Below are positions 1-9,021 of a DNA stretch of 24,000 bases, piece by piece. Under the pieces are notes generated by a model, which saw only the letters and a program-made list of their open reading frames with translations, made no database searches and was not told the DNA's origin. The position numbers were made by a program, and so were the translations under genes. This stretch comes from Shewanella piezotolerans WP3 (GTDB lineage Bacteria; Pseudomonadota; Gammaproteobacteria; Enterobacterales; Shewanellaceae). The stretch spans positions 5,257,326-5,281,325 of the forward strand of contig NC_011566.1 in NCBI RefSeq assembly GCF_000014885.1. The letters are read 5' to 3'. Each line of letters starts with the position of its first letter. Positions within the stretch are counted from its first letter, which is position 1.

Positions 1-36
1 GACAAGCATAAGCCTATGTAAAGGTGGGACAAAGCA

Positions 37-420
37 TCAAAATGGTCTACAAGGCGTGCCTTGGTGAAACACCATTTGCCACGCCTCCTTATGTTTACGC
101 CAAATTGAACTCCGTATAGAAAAGCTGGTGATGTTCTCATCCGCTTTTTTAAGCTTTGCACGATAAAAAATCTGACAAACCCCTTCCGTGAGTTCTCTCA
201 CTTCAAAATGGCTAGTTTCAATATGCGGCGCACGTTCATCTGGTAAGCGTGAAAGCACTTCACTTTTACCAAAACTGCAGCCGCTAGCAGCAAACTCCAT
301 AAAATCATCACTAATTAAGCGCGCTAACTCCGCCTGAGATGCTCTCACCTCAGGTTTTTGCAGGTATAACTCCAACTCTATTAGTAAGTTTTCCAGTCTG
401 AAGTTCACAACTAAGTCCAA
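37..420 (-). CDS. NTF2-like / SnoaL-fold small protein (DUF4440-type)
   Basis: 127-aa ORF from the track. The start codon is TTG (caa at 418-420 on the + strand), with no in-frame ATG further upstream. Size and overall pattern recall DUF4440/NTF2-like proteins. The family call is from memory only. Confidence 0.5.
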   Translation of the reverse strand: MDLVVNFRLENLLIELELYLQKPEVRASQAELARLISDDFMEFAASGCSFGKSEVLSRLPDERAPHIETSHFEVRELTEGVCQIFYRAKLKKADENITSFSIRSSIWRKHKEAWQMVFHQGTPCRPF

Positions 421-529
421 TTAACTCAATCACATTGGTATGAGTCTAGGCCAAGTTCTGAATAAATTGAAATGCTAATGCCAGTTATTTCAGTCTTTAA
501 TTGCTGTTAACCATAAGCAGCCGACTCAA

Positions 530-1573
530 CTAAAATAGCTCACGATACTGCAGCCATAACTGCTGCTGCTCTTGTGTTAAAAAAGTCCACGCCAAAATAC
601 GGGTAATTTTGCTGCCTTGATGCATCTCAATCACCTTCACTTGATGGGCGTTGACTTTCTGAAGTAAAGCTTGAGCAGGTTTCAAATTTTCTTTTTTAGA
701 GATTAAACTCGTGAACCAAAAACACTGGCTAGCATAGCTTCGGCTTTCGCTGATCATGTTGCTGAGAAACTGCCTTTCGCCGCCTTCACACCAAAGCTCG
801 GCTTTCTGTCCACCAAAATTGAGTACTGCAGTCTCTATATTTGCCGTTTTCTTGGTTGCTTTGCTTCCCGATTTAGCAGCACGATTAGCCGCCAAATTAG
901 TTAACTTTCGTGCCGTGCCAGCACTGGCTTCAGCAAGAGACGCATGAAAGGGGGGATTACATAAAGTAACATCGAAACGATCGTCTTTGTTGATAATCCC
1001 GTTGAATACATGCTGCGTATTACCTTGTAATCGGCAACTAAATTTACCACTTATCCCTGGGTTTTTAGCAAAGATCTGCTGCGCATTTTCAAGTGAGGCT
1101 GGGTCAACATCACTACCGACAAACTGCCAGCCGTAAGATTGGACTCCAAGCAGCGGGTAGATGACATTTGCGCCTGTGCCTATATCTAATACAGTAATTT
1201 TGTCGCCTTTGGGGATCTTATTTTTAGATGACTTTTTTACCGCAAGTAGATCTGCAATATGATGAATATAGTCAGCACGCCCCGGGATCGGTGGGCATAA
1301 AAACCCTTCAGGTATATCCCAGTTATCCACCCCGTAATGGTGCTTGAGCAACGCAGCATTAAGCGCTTTTACTGCTTTAGGAGAGGCGAAATCTATCGAC
1401 AAATTACCAAAATCGTTACGGCTAACAAACGGTTTAAGCTCATTAAAACTGCTAATAAGCGCTTCAAAATCATAACCTGCATTGTGAAGGTTACGCGGGT
1501 GCATCCCCTTATTGAGTTTTGGGGTCGCTTTTGTTGAAGCGATTGGAGTCAGCTTGCTATCTGTTTTATTCAT
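530..1573 (-). CDS. rlmF: 23S rRNA (adenine1618-N6)-methyltransferase RlmF
   Basis: 347-aa ORF, near-colinear with my recollection of E. coli RlmF/YbiN. Shared segments are GMHPRNLH, NWDIPEGFLCPPIPGRADYIHHIADLL, the SAM-binding VLDIGTGANVIYPLLG, the catalytic NPPFH, and FGGQKAELWCEGGE. It carries a Lys/Ala-rich insertion after NPPFH. Confidence 0.9.
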   Translation of the reverse strand: MNKTDSKLTPIASTKATPKLNKGMHPRNLHNAGYDFEALISSFNELKPFVSRNDFGNLSIDFASPKAVKALNAALLKHHYGVDNWDIPEGFLCPPIPGRADYIHHIADLLAVKKSSKNKIPKGDKITVLDIGTGANVIYPLLGVQSYGWQFVGSDVDPASLENAQQIFAKNPGISGKFSCRLQGNTQHVFNGIINKDDRFDVTLCNPPFHASLAEASAGTARKLTNLAANRAAKSGSKATKKTANIETAVLNFGGQKAELWCEGGERQFLSNMISESRSYASQCFWFTSLISKKENLKPAQALLQKVNAHQVKVIEMHQGSKITRILAWTFLTQEQQQLWLQYRELF

Positions 1574-1611
1574 GTTTACTCAGCGCCGTACAGTTAAGCT
1601 GGACAGCGAAA

Positions 1612-2013
1612 TTAATCGTAAAGATACTTGGTAAACAGCAGGTTCACTACCAATTCTTTACCGGTTTCTTGCTCTAAAAGGCGATTGACCATTTTGTAGC
1701 ATTCACGCCTAATCTCCTCTTTGCCTGTTAGTGATTTCACCTTGTCTTCGGTTTGATTGCCTAAGATCTCCACGATTGCAGCACGCAGCAAAGGATCATG
1801 CCTTTCTAAGCTAACCAAGTCTTCTGGCTTTTTAACCATTAGCTCGACACTGATCCTGACATAACCAAGCTTGTTTCGGTTCGATATATAGTTAGTAACG
1901 ATTTCAGGCTCGAATCCGTAATAGGCGTACTCCTCTAGCGGCTTGTCGTCTGCTGCAAATAGGCTAAAGCTGCTACTCAAGCCTAAGAGTAGTATCGCAA
2001 TAAATATTCTCAT
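1612..2013 (-). CDS. FliL-like (flagellar basal-body-associated family) secreted or membrane-anchored protein
   Basis: 133-aa ORF with an N-terminal hydrophobic signal/anchor (MRIFIAILLLGLSSSFSLFAA). The FliL-type pattern is present: Y..FEPEIVTNY....YVRISVELMV....L..HDPLLRAAIVEIL......L.GKEEIRRE. A GGAG lies 13 nt upstream of the ATG. Confidence 0.7.
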   Translation of the reverse strand: MRIFIAILLLGLSSSFSLFAADDKPLEEYAYYGFEPEIVTNYISNRNKLGYVRISVELMVKKPEDLVSLERHDPLLRAAIVEILGNQTEDKVKSLTGKEEIRRECYKMVNRLLEQETGKELVVNLLFTKYLYD

Positions 2014-2118
2014 TTGGAAAATGACTCCGTCGTCAATATAAGATGAGATAGCTTCTCAATCAGTTTTCTTTTCAAGTAGTCCCATCAGTTCAACCAGCAA
2101 CGGCTATCTGAGTCGGCA

Positions 2119-2149
2119 TTGACATGCTAGACTGCTTCGGTTCTAGCAT
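2119..2149 (+). promoter_or_regulatory. Candidate ubiC promoter: perfect -35 TTGACA overlapping an 8-bp inverted repeat
   Basis: TTGACA sits at 2119-2124. ATGCTAGA (2124-2131) and TCTAGCAT (2142-2149) form a perfect 8-bp inverted repeat with a 10-nt spacer. The only -10-like hexamer is TAGCAT at 2144-2149, at a long 19-nt spacing. The ATG is at 2165. Confidence 0.3.
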
Positions 2150-2164
2150 TGTACCGAGAATTAG

Positions 2165-2734
2165 ATGACTGTGACTAGGTTAAGCTTTCCTTATGGTGAA
2201 TCAATTAAGTGGATTTCACCAGACAAAATGACCAACTTGCCCTCACCACCTTTTAAAGACTGGCTATTAAGCAGCAGCAGCTTAACTAAAAAACTGAAAA
2301 CACAATGCCAAGTGTTTGAAGTGAAAGTGCTTGGTGAAGATACATTATCACCGCTGACTGATGAGTACCCAACTCAGCAACAAGTCTGGATTAGGGAAGT
2401 ATTACTGATACTTGATGGCATTCCTTGGATTTTTGCTAGAACGCTTATTCCCGGGCGCTTACTTGAAAAAAAACAGCAAGAATTTTTGGGGTTGGGTGTC
2501 AGACCATTAGGCGAATTACTCTATTCAAAGGATGAGTTTACTCCAGGAAAAATTGAAGTCGCACATTTTGAAGCTTGTAGCAAAATAGCGAAACTCGCAG
2601 AATCTTTAGATCAAGATGTCAGCAGTGAACTTTGGGGACGTCGACGTTACTTCGATCATGCTCAGGAGCAGCTTATTGTCAGTGAGATATTCCTACCCGC
2701 AGCTCAGCAAGCCATAACTGCTCTTGGTAAATAG
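2165..2734 (+). CDS. ubiC: Chorismate--pyruvate lyase (UbiC)
   Basis: 189-aa ORF with UbiC-type segments: [31 protein letters not shown], and [10 protein letters not shown]. No ubiA follows it. Confidence 0.75.
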   Translation: MTVTRLSFPYGESIKWISPDKMTNLPSPPFKDWLLSSSSLTKKLKTQCQVFEVKVLGEDTLSPLTDEYPTQQQVWIREVLLILDGIPWIFARTLIPGRLLEKKQQEFLGLGVRPLGELLYSKDEFTPGKIEVAHFEACSKIAKLAESLDQDVSSELWGRRRYFDHAQEQLIVSEIFLPAAQQAITALGK

Positions 2735-2748
2735 CCACATCCTATATT

Positions 2749-2789
2749 GGGCAGCCACTATCACTAACAATAGTGGCTGCCCTTACTTT
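2749..2789. terminator. Bidirectional rho-independent terminator between convergent ubiC and the M6 protease gene
   Basis: A perfect 13-bp stem, GGGCAGCCACTAT (2749-2761) paired with ATAGTGGCTGCCC (2770-2782), has an 8-nt loop and is followed by TTACTTTTT on the + strand. Confidence 0.65.
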
Positions 2790-5597
2790 TTATCTTTGCT
2801 GACGCCGATAACCGGCAAACACGCATAAAAGCAATAATGACAATACTCCTAAACTCCCCCCACCAGAGCCTGAACTGCTCTTTTGGGTGCTTGTCTCTGC
2901 AGCAGCAACATTTATCACTGCAGTCATAACACTGCTTTGACCTTGGTCATCTGTCACTGTGAGCGTCACAGTATAACTTCCAGCAGTGTAAGTATGTGAA
3001 GGAGATACACCAGTGCTTGTTGCTCCATCGCCAAATTGCCATAGATAACTGAGTTCACCACTTCCACCTGACGATGTATTGTTAAATGTTACCGATAAAC
3101 CACTCGCAGTAAATGTAAATCCAGCATCAAGTACTGCATGCACAATAACTGTAGTGCTATTGGTGAATTCAGTACCATTACCATCGGTAACAGTTAGAGT
3201 CACTAAATAGCTACCCGCATTGGCATATGTATAGCTGGGCGCAGCTAAAGTACTAGTAGCATTATTTACACCAAAATCCCACGCGTATTGATAATTCCCA
3301 TCCCCGCCACTGACATTGGCAGTAAAGCTAACCTGGCCTCCTTGCTGATTTTGAGAAATAGTTGCGCTAAGCTCTCCTGGTGCAACTGCATTGCCTGTAT
3401 AGGTAAATTTCACCATTGCAGTGCTGCTATCTTCAGCTTGTGCCATCACTTCCATTGAAATACCAAGCTCTGTCAGTACCATTCCTGATTCAGGCTGCAA
3501 CGGTGCCGAATAATCATTAGAATCTTCAAACAGCTTATGGCCTGACAAATGTTCATCTTCTATCGTTCCTGTGCTGTAAAAAGACTGATTAAACAAGCTA
3601 AATGCAGCATCGCGAACTTGCACTTCAGTATCTAAATTACCAATTAAGTTTTGGTCCGCATCCACCACACCAATTAAGCTGTAGCCTGCATGTTTGCTAA
3701 CTTCGTTGCTGTTGTAATCTTCATTCTCAAACCATAGTAATACACCAGGGTCATAGCGCTGGCTAATTAGGCCCTTGTCCACCCCTTGTTGGCTACGTAG
3801 CTGCACGATGTAACGGCGATCTTTACCTGGACGAGTATCAGTGACACGTAAAAAACCCGCAAATACAGTGTCAGTAGTATTTTCAGCACCATTAAATAGC
3901 ACCTGAGTCTGTGCTTGGTTAATGGTAATATCGTCAATAACAATACCGTAATCACCAACAGCCTGATCGGTCACGTAGTTGATCGATAGCTGCACGGTGC
4001 GGCCGGCATATGGGCTCAGGTCATATTCTAGCTCAACCCAACTCTCACTCCCTTCTGCCGCCGCGAGTTCGCTCGATTTCCCCGTGATAATATTGCGAGC
4101 GGAGTTTTGCGAATTACTTGCTTTGGTGTAATTTCCTGCCAGAGCAGTGCCGTCAACCATCACCTGTGCATAGTCATAATCAAGCTCAATATTCCAATGC
4201 GCTTTCATCAGTAATGTTAATGGTGTTACTGCTGGTAACTCGACATCAAATGACATTGCATGATTTATCATGTCCCCCTGATCTGAGTAGAACTGATAGT
4301 CGCCGCGGTAAGGCGGTGTGAATGCTAGAGGCATAGCTGGAACAGCCATTGAGATCTGGTTGACCTGCTGATGATTAACCGCTTCAACTAACGCCACATC
4401 CAATCCGCTTGAATCTAGCGCACTGAGCTGTAGTTTTTGTTCTGAAACCCAATTACCTTGATACCGCTCTTGCAAATACGAACGCGCATAGGGGCTAAAC
4501 CCTGTAGGCTCAGTACCTCTTATCGCACCGCCCCAGCTACCAGAAGCCATCACAGACCATAAGCCCACAGGAGAGCCTTTGCCTTCACCACTAATATCGT
4601 ATTCGTCTGGCAAGCCCAGATCATGTCCAAACTCATGTACGCATACACCCAATGCCGCATCTATGGGTTGAATAGTGTAGCTACTCAGCATCATGCTGCT
4701 ACCAGGGATGGTATAAGGGTTAATAGATGAACGGTGGGACCAAATAGCATCGGCACCTAGCATGCCACCACCTGTTTCCTCACCGATACTGGAATGGAAA
4801 ATCATCACATGATCGATTGCGCCATCTGGCTCATCAAAGTTGCCGTTGCCATTAATATCATAGGGATCTTCAATATCGTAAGTTGCCAATTCGCTACTAC
4901 TCATCTGCGCAACGGCTGCAGTTATAGCCTCTTTAACTAAATCAAGCGCGCCGATATCATTATCAGTACTGTCATTACCGCCGTATGTCGCAGCGTTATT
5001 CGCGGCGCGATACCAGCCTTTTACATCGCCTGTAAAAAAGAAACTCCCACCTGATTCTGCCTGATAGTATTCATAGCCTGTCATCAATGTTTGCCCAGTT
5101 GGTCCAGCGTAACCGCTAGTCGAGAACAACAAATTTTTGTAATGCTCCGGGGGATAAGAGCTGTAATACATTGAGGTATCACTGCTGCTTAAACCGTTAT
5201 CATTATGAGGAAGATCGGGGAAATCTACGAGTACTGCTAATACTTTAACCGTCTTATTAGTAATCGATTGCGCTTGTGGTGCGGCAAAGCTGACCAATTT
5301 ATTAGTCTTTTTACCTTTTTTAGCGCGGGAAGCTTCAAACCTTGCTTCTTGAAGAGATATTCTTTTAGGCCCCTTAGAACGGGCAATAAAAGCTTCAACA
5401 GCCTGTTCTTTTTCAGCTTGCGATGCATTTGAAGCAACTTCGCCACGTTTGATCAACCAATAGAGCACTCGCTCTTTATCAACGATATTGGCATCTGCCG
5501 TTATGCTATTCAATGGTGCAGCTAAGGCGATATTCATGACAAAAAAACTACTAACAAGAAAGCTAATAATGACACTGTTCCGGACTAAAACTTTCAT
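2790..5597 (-). CDS. Secreted M6 (immune inhibitor A / PrtV-like) zinc metalloprotease with two PKD domains and a GlyGly-CTERM sorting tail
   Basis: The zinc motif HEFGH is encoded at 4623-4637, extended as HEFGHDLGLPDEYD. Two PKD-like repeats lie at about 3129-3371 and 2907-3128 (Y.WDFG....SYTY...G.Y.VTLTVTD). The C-terminus is SGSGGGSLGVLSLLLLCVFAGYRRQQR (2793-2873), matching the GlyGly-CTERM pattern. I place the start at ATG 5597 (MKVLVRNSVIISFLVSSFFVMNIALAAP is a signal peptide, with GGAG upstream) rather than the track start at 5705. Confidence 0.85.
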   Translation of the reverse strand: MKVLVRNSVIISFLVSSFFVMNIALAAPLNSITADANIVDKERVLYWLIKRGEVASNASQAEKEQAVEAFIARSKGPKRISLQEARFEASRAKKGKKTNKLVSFAAPQAQSITNKTVKVLAVLVDFPDLPHNDNGLSSSDTSMYYSSYPPEHYKNLLFSTSGYAGPTGQTLMTGYEYYQAESGGSFFFTGDVKGWYRAANNAATYGGNDSTDNDIGALDLVKEAITAAVAQMSSSELATYDIEDPYDINGNGNFDEPDGAIDHVMIFHSSIGEETGGGMLGADAIWSHRSSINPYTIPGSSMMLSSYTIQPIDAALGVCVHEFGHDLGLPDEYDISGEGKGSPVGLWSVMASGSWGGAIRGTEPTGFSPYARSYLQERYQGNWVSEQKLQLSALDSSGLDVALVEAVNHQQVNQISMAVPAMPLAFTPPYRGDYQFYSDQGDMINHAMSFDVELPAVTPLTLLMKAHWNIELDYDYAQVMVDGTALAGNYTKASNSQNSARNIITGKSSELAAAEGSESWVELEYDLSPYAGRTVQLSINYVTDQAVGDYGIVIDDITINQAQTQVLFNGAENTTDTVFAGFLRVTDTRPGKDRRYIVQLRSQQGVDKGLISQRYDPGVLLWFENEDYNSNEVSKHAGYSLIGVVDADQNLIGNLDTEVQVRDAAFSLFNQSFYSTGTIEDEHLSGHKLFEDSNDYSAPLQPESGMVLTELGISMEVMAQAEDSSTAMVKFTYTGNAVAPGELSATISQNQQGGQVSFTANVSGGDGNYQYAWDFGVNNATSTLAAPSYTYANAGSYLVTLTVTDGNGTEFTNSTTVIVHAVLDAGFTFTASGLSVTFNNTSSGGSGELSYLWQFGDGATSTGVSPSHTYTAGSYTVTLTVTDDQGQSSVMTAVINVAAAETSTQKSSSGSGGGSLGVLSLLLLCVFAGYRRQQR

Positions 5598-5880
5598 GCT
5601 ACCTACTCCATCTGTTGCTATTTCCAACTGCCTGTAAAGCTCAATAAAGATAAAATTTAACTTTCTATCAATAATCAGACCGCATTGTTGCGAAATAGTT
5701 TTCAACTTTATTTATCTATTTATCCCGATAACATGCTAGAAAAGGGCTGCAGTATAGAATTGCCGCCCAAATCAAAGCTGAAAATAGTTAATGACTTGCT
5801 ATACGCTTGATCTGCGCAAACAGATTATCTTTAGTAAGAGATAAGCCGCAATTACGACAGTTAACCTAGCGGCAATCACC

Positions 5881-8064
5881 TTATAATGAGCTATCAACTC
5901 GATACTCTTCAGATTGCTTTAACCAAGTGTCGTAGATCAAAAGCAGTACCGACGCAGACCAACTAAAGTTAGTGCAATGTAAGCCTTTCCCCGTAAGTGG
6001 ATGATAGTTTTCTCTAATAGCGCTTTGACCAATGATACCCTCTCCCTCAATCACTAGTTGCAATGCTAATGATTGTGCCTGTTCATGATAGCCATAGCGT
6101 GCAATACCTTGTAAACCAAATAATGCTTGGTCTAGCCATACCGGACCTCGCCAGTATTGCGCAGCGGCAAAACTGGGGCTATCAACACTCACTGTTGGAA
6201 ATGGAATTTTGCTGCCGAACTCATCTGCAGTTAGGTGTCGCTCAACCATGATTTTAGCTTGCGCTTTAGAGGCTACACCAGCCCATAAGGGCAACCATCC
6301 TTCGACACCTTTACCCTTGTCGATCATCAGCTCGCTGCCTGTCGCACTATAACGGATATCATAGAAGAAGCCTGACTCAGGATCATACATCTGCATTTGG
6401 ATCTGCTTAGCGAGGCGCTCAGCCTCAACATCCCACTTTTGGGCATCAGCATTAAGCTCAAGTACTTCAGCCATCTGTTGTAAAAAGCGCTTTTCTGCAT
6501 ACAGATATGCATTCAGGTCAACAGACTCTTGCGACACTGAGTACCCCACTAACTCTCCACCTTGGTAGTTTTGCCAAACCTGTAGACTAGCATCCGCATC
6601 AAATCTCGGCGCATTATCCATGCCAGACTCCCACGCAGCAGCCTCGATAATAGCTTCAACATTTAGCGAGCCGTCTTCACTAATGTGAGCGGGGTGAAGA
6701 TTAGCACCATACTCAGCTAAACCATTGTCATTATTATCACGATTGCGATACCACCATTGATGGTAAGCAACCAATTTTGGGTACATAGTTTTAATGAATT
6801 CAATATCATTATCTTGTTGGAAGATCTGCCATACCGCCCAGGCAGCTAATGGAGGCTTGCCATTGCGTTCGTTCCAATTACCGCCTTCGCCACCTCGCTG
6901 TGAATCTTTATTATAGAAAATGGCATCCGGAAGGTTGCCAGCATCTTGAGGTCGCACTTCATCTTGTTCGGTAAATTGATAATCAAACATCGCCAGTACG
7001 TTCGATTTGGCCAGTTCTGGCTCAAATCTAGCGACTGCAACGGCTTGCTTCCAGGTGTCCCACGCCCATACGCCGTTAAACCACTTATAGGTGATTGAGG
7101 GAGTTATGCCATCATGCAGCAATGCACCAGCTGGACTGCGCCAATTATGTATGATGGTTTGCATGCTCTTAACTGCAAGTTGACGAGCGATTTTATCGCC
7201 ACCATCAATAAGCTTATCCATTCTGCTCTGCCAACGACGCTTATTGTCCGCAAGCTGTTGTTCAATCAAGTTCCAATCTGGCTCACCATGAGCTTTTGCC
7301 TCTTGGGCAGTATGAAAGTAACGTTGTGCACTTTTAAATAGGTGAGATTTTTTGGCCGCTATAGTTACCGGTTCTGCGATAGCCAGGTATCCTGATTGAG
7401 CATTAATTCTTATCGACATGTCACGGTCAAACCACAATTGATACTGCGCATCAGCCAACTGCATACGCCAGGTTTGCATCACAGGCTTGAAATGCCAATT
7501 CACTTGATTATCAGTTGATTCAACCTCAGCTATAAGTGATTGCTGTGGCTGTTCTGGGTGGCTAGCAAAGGGCTGACCTCGCCAGACTAGCTGCCACTGT
7601 TGCTCGCGATTTGAAAGGTTGGTCAGCTCAGTCATCACTGTGGCGGTGCGATTGTCGCTATAACTGAGCCTTAAACTGACTTTTTTATCAGACCAAATAT
7701 AGGTTTGCACTAACCCATCAGGCTGGCTGTGAATATCGACACTCGCCGCACTATCAAATGAAATAAACTCATCAGTGGTCACATTGATGAGTTGTAAGCG
7801 CTGCAGGCTATCACTAAGGTGCAAACTATACTCTTGAGCAATGAATAGAGGTCCGGTGAAGCTGCCGTAATATTCAGCATTGTTAGGTAGATGAAAGCCA
7901 TGCCAAGCACCTTGATCAACATAGACAGAACCAATACTGAGATTTTTTTTATTATCTCTTTGCTCCATCGAAGTTGGCACACCTTGATAGGGCAGCAAAT
8001 TTTGATAATCAGTAGAATCGATTGAAGTCAGACTAACAGCACAAAGAAACAGACAAGTAAGCAT
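5881..8064 (-). CDS. GH63-like (YgjK / MGH1-type) (alpha/alpha)6-barrel glycoside hydrolase
   Basis: 727-aa ORF. Segments GVWAWDTWKQA, NERNGKPPLAAWAVWQIF and ENYHPLTGKGLHCTNFSWSA recall the GH63/YgjK family. The start is uncertain: ATG 8064 gives a short signal-like N-terminus but has no Shine-Dalgarno sequence, and an alternative ATG at 7968 has AAGGTG upstream. Confidence 0.65.
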   Translation of the reverse strand: MLTCLFLCAVSLTSIDSTDYQNLLPYQGVPTSMEQRDNKKNLSIGSVYVDQGAWHGFHLPNNAEYYGSFTGPLFIAQEYSLHLSDSLQRLQLINVTTDEFISFDSAASVDIHSQPDGLVQTYIWSDKKVSLRLSYSDNRTATVMTELTNLSNREQQWQLVWRGQPFASHPEQPQQSLIAEVESTDNQVNWHFKPVMQTWRMQLADAQYQLWFDRDMSIRINAQSGYLAIAEPVTIAAKKSHLFKSAQRYFHTAQEAKAHGEPDWNLIEQQLADNKRRWQSRMDKLIDGGDKIARQLAVKSMQTIIHNWRSPAGALLHDGITPSITYKWFNGVWAWDTWKQAVAVARFEPELAKSNVLAMFDYQFTEQDEVRPQDAGNLPDAIFYNKDSQRGGEGGNWNERNGKPPLAAWAVWQIFQQDNDIEFIKTMYPKLVAYHQWWYRNRDNNDNGLAEYGANLHPAHISEDGSLNVEAIIEAAAWESGMDNAPRFDADASLQVWQNYQGGELVGYSVSQESVDLNAYLYAEKRFLQQMAEVLELNADAQKWDVEAERLAKQIQMQMYDPESGFFYDIRYSATGSELMIDKGKGVEGWLPLWAGVASKAQAKIMVERHLTADEFGSKIPFPTVSVDSPSFAAAQYWRGPVWLDQALFGLQGIARYGYHEQAQSLALQLVIEGEGIIGQSAIRENYHPLTGKGLHCTNFSWSASVLLLIYDTWLKQSEEYRVDSSL

Positions 8065-8200
8065 AATTATTGTTATTTTTGAATATTATATTCAGAGTAT
8101 TACAGTCTAATAATTGTTCTGCAACATTTGTATCTTTGGTAAGCTTGATAGAAAGTGATTGAAATGGCCTATGACCGCATCAATCACTTAGGTTTAGCCG

Positions 8201-8791
8201 TTACAGTGCTTTCATATAACTTGCCACGCCGTCTAGGAACATCTGCACCGAGATCATCACCAGCACCATCCCCATTAAGCGCTCTACTGCAGTGAGCCCT
8301 TTCTCACCTAATACTTTAGTAAAGACTTTATAAAACAGTAAAATAATAGCGCTTAATCCCCATGCTGCAAGCAGAGCAACTGTCCAGTCCATCATACGAC
8401 TACCGTCGGTATGAGCCAGTAAAATAAGCGCAGCAAGTACCGACGGCCCCGCCATTAATGGGATCGCCATGGGAACAATAAAAGGCTCTTCCCCAGCCGC
8501 TAGACCAACAACACCACCAGGTTGTGGGAAAATCATCCGTATCGCGATTAAAAACAGGATAATACCGCCTGCAATACTCACAGATTCAGAACGCAAATTG
8601 AGAAAATTTAGAATCGCTTCTCCTGCAAACAGAAACAACAGCATGATGACTAGGGCAAATAGCAGTTCGCGGATCAAAACCCGACGACGTTTTTTAGGTT
8701 CTATATGGCGTAATATGGAGGCAAATATCGGCAAGTTGCCTAATGGGTCCATGATTAGAAACAGCATAACGGCTGCAGAGAAAGTATCCAT
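8201..8791 (-). CDS. yhgN: MarC-family (UPF0056) inner-membrane protein, YhgN-like
   Basis: 196-aa ORF, colinear with my recollection of E. coli YhgN: IMDPLGNLPIF, EPKKRRRV, SISGGIILFLIAI.MIFP, AGEEPFIVPMAIPLMAGP and ERLMG.VLVM...QMFLDG. Confidence 0.8.
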   Translation of the reverse strand: MDTFSAAVMLFLIMDPLGNLPIFASILRHIEPKKRRRVLIRELLFALVIMLLFLFAGEAILNFLNLRSESVSIAGGIILFLIAIRMIFPQPGGVVGLAAGEEPFIVPMAIPLMAGPSVLAALILLAHTDGSRMMDWTVALLAAWGLSAIILLFYKVFTKVLGEKGLTAVERLMGMVLVMISVQMFLDGVASYMKAL

Positions 8792-8952
8792 AGATTAAAG
8801 GACGCCTAGTTACTGAATTAGGAGAGTAGTCTATTATGTTTTACGACAAAGCTAACAAAAAGTTATAAAATATTTGCACTTGCTGCGGATCCACTCACAA
8901 TTAACATGAATTTCTCATCGAGAATATATCAATGTAAATTCAACTTATCGCT

Positions 8953-8981
8953 CTGCCAATTAACCTTAACACTGGTATACT
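8953..8981 (+). promoter_or_regulatory. Candidate sigma70 promoter for the His-rich membrane protein gene
   Basis: -35-like CTGCCA (8953-8958), a 17-nt spacer, then an extended -10 TGgTATACT (8973-8981). It lies about 40 nt upstream of ATG 9022. Called by pattern only. Confidence 0.3.
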
Positions 8982-9021
8982 ATGGCGCTTTTTCGCTCTC
9001 GCGGTTTGAAATGGAATCTCC

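Noticed and set aside
756-947. Short ORFs nested inside or antisense to large well-supported genes (756-947, 1337-1537, 3767-3958, 4118-4321, 5237-5446, 6063-6251, 6327-6512, 6846-7040, 7114-7341, 7779-7982, 8469-8798, 9572-9790, 9828-10028, 11600-11797, 11622-11819, 12391-12588, 16437-16625, 17559-17765, 18583-18828, 19029-19250, 19301-19528, 19451-19660, 22215-22418)
   Set aside because: All overlap CDSs with clear homology in another frame or strand. Their translations are low-complexity or random-looking.
2165-2734. ubiC lacking an adjacent ubiA as a possible anomaly
   Set aside because: The ubiCA linkage is not universal. A strong terminator follows ubiC, and nothing suggests gene loss or rearrangement here.
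5598-5705. 36-codon N-terminal extension of the M6 protease ORF
   Set aside because: The internal ATG at 5597 is followed by a canonical signal peptide and preceded by GGAG. The extension has no signal-like character.
8862-8873. Zur-box-like half-site (GTTATAAAATAT) upstream of the His-rich membrane protein gene
   Set aside because: Only one half (GTTATA) matches the palindromic Zur consensus. The partner half-site TATAAC is absent.
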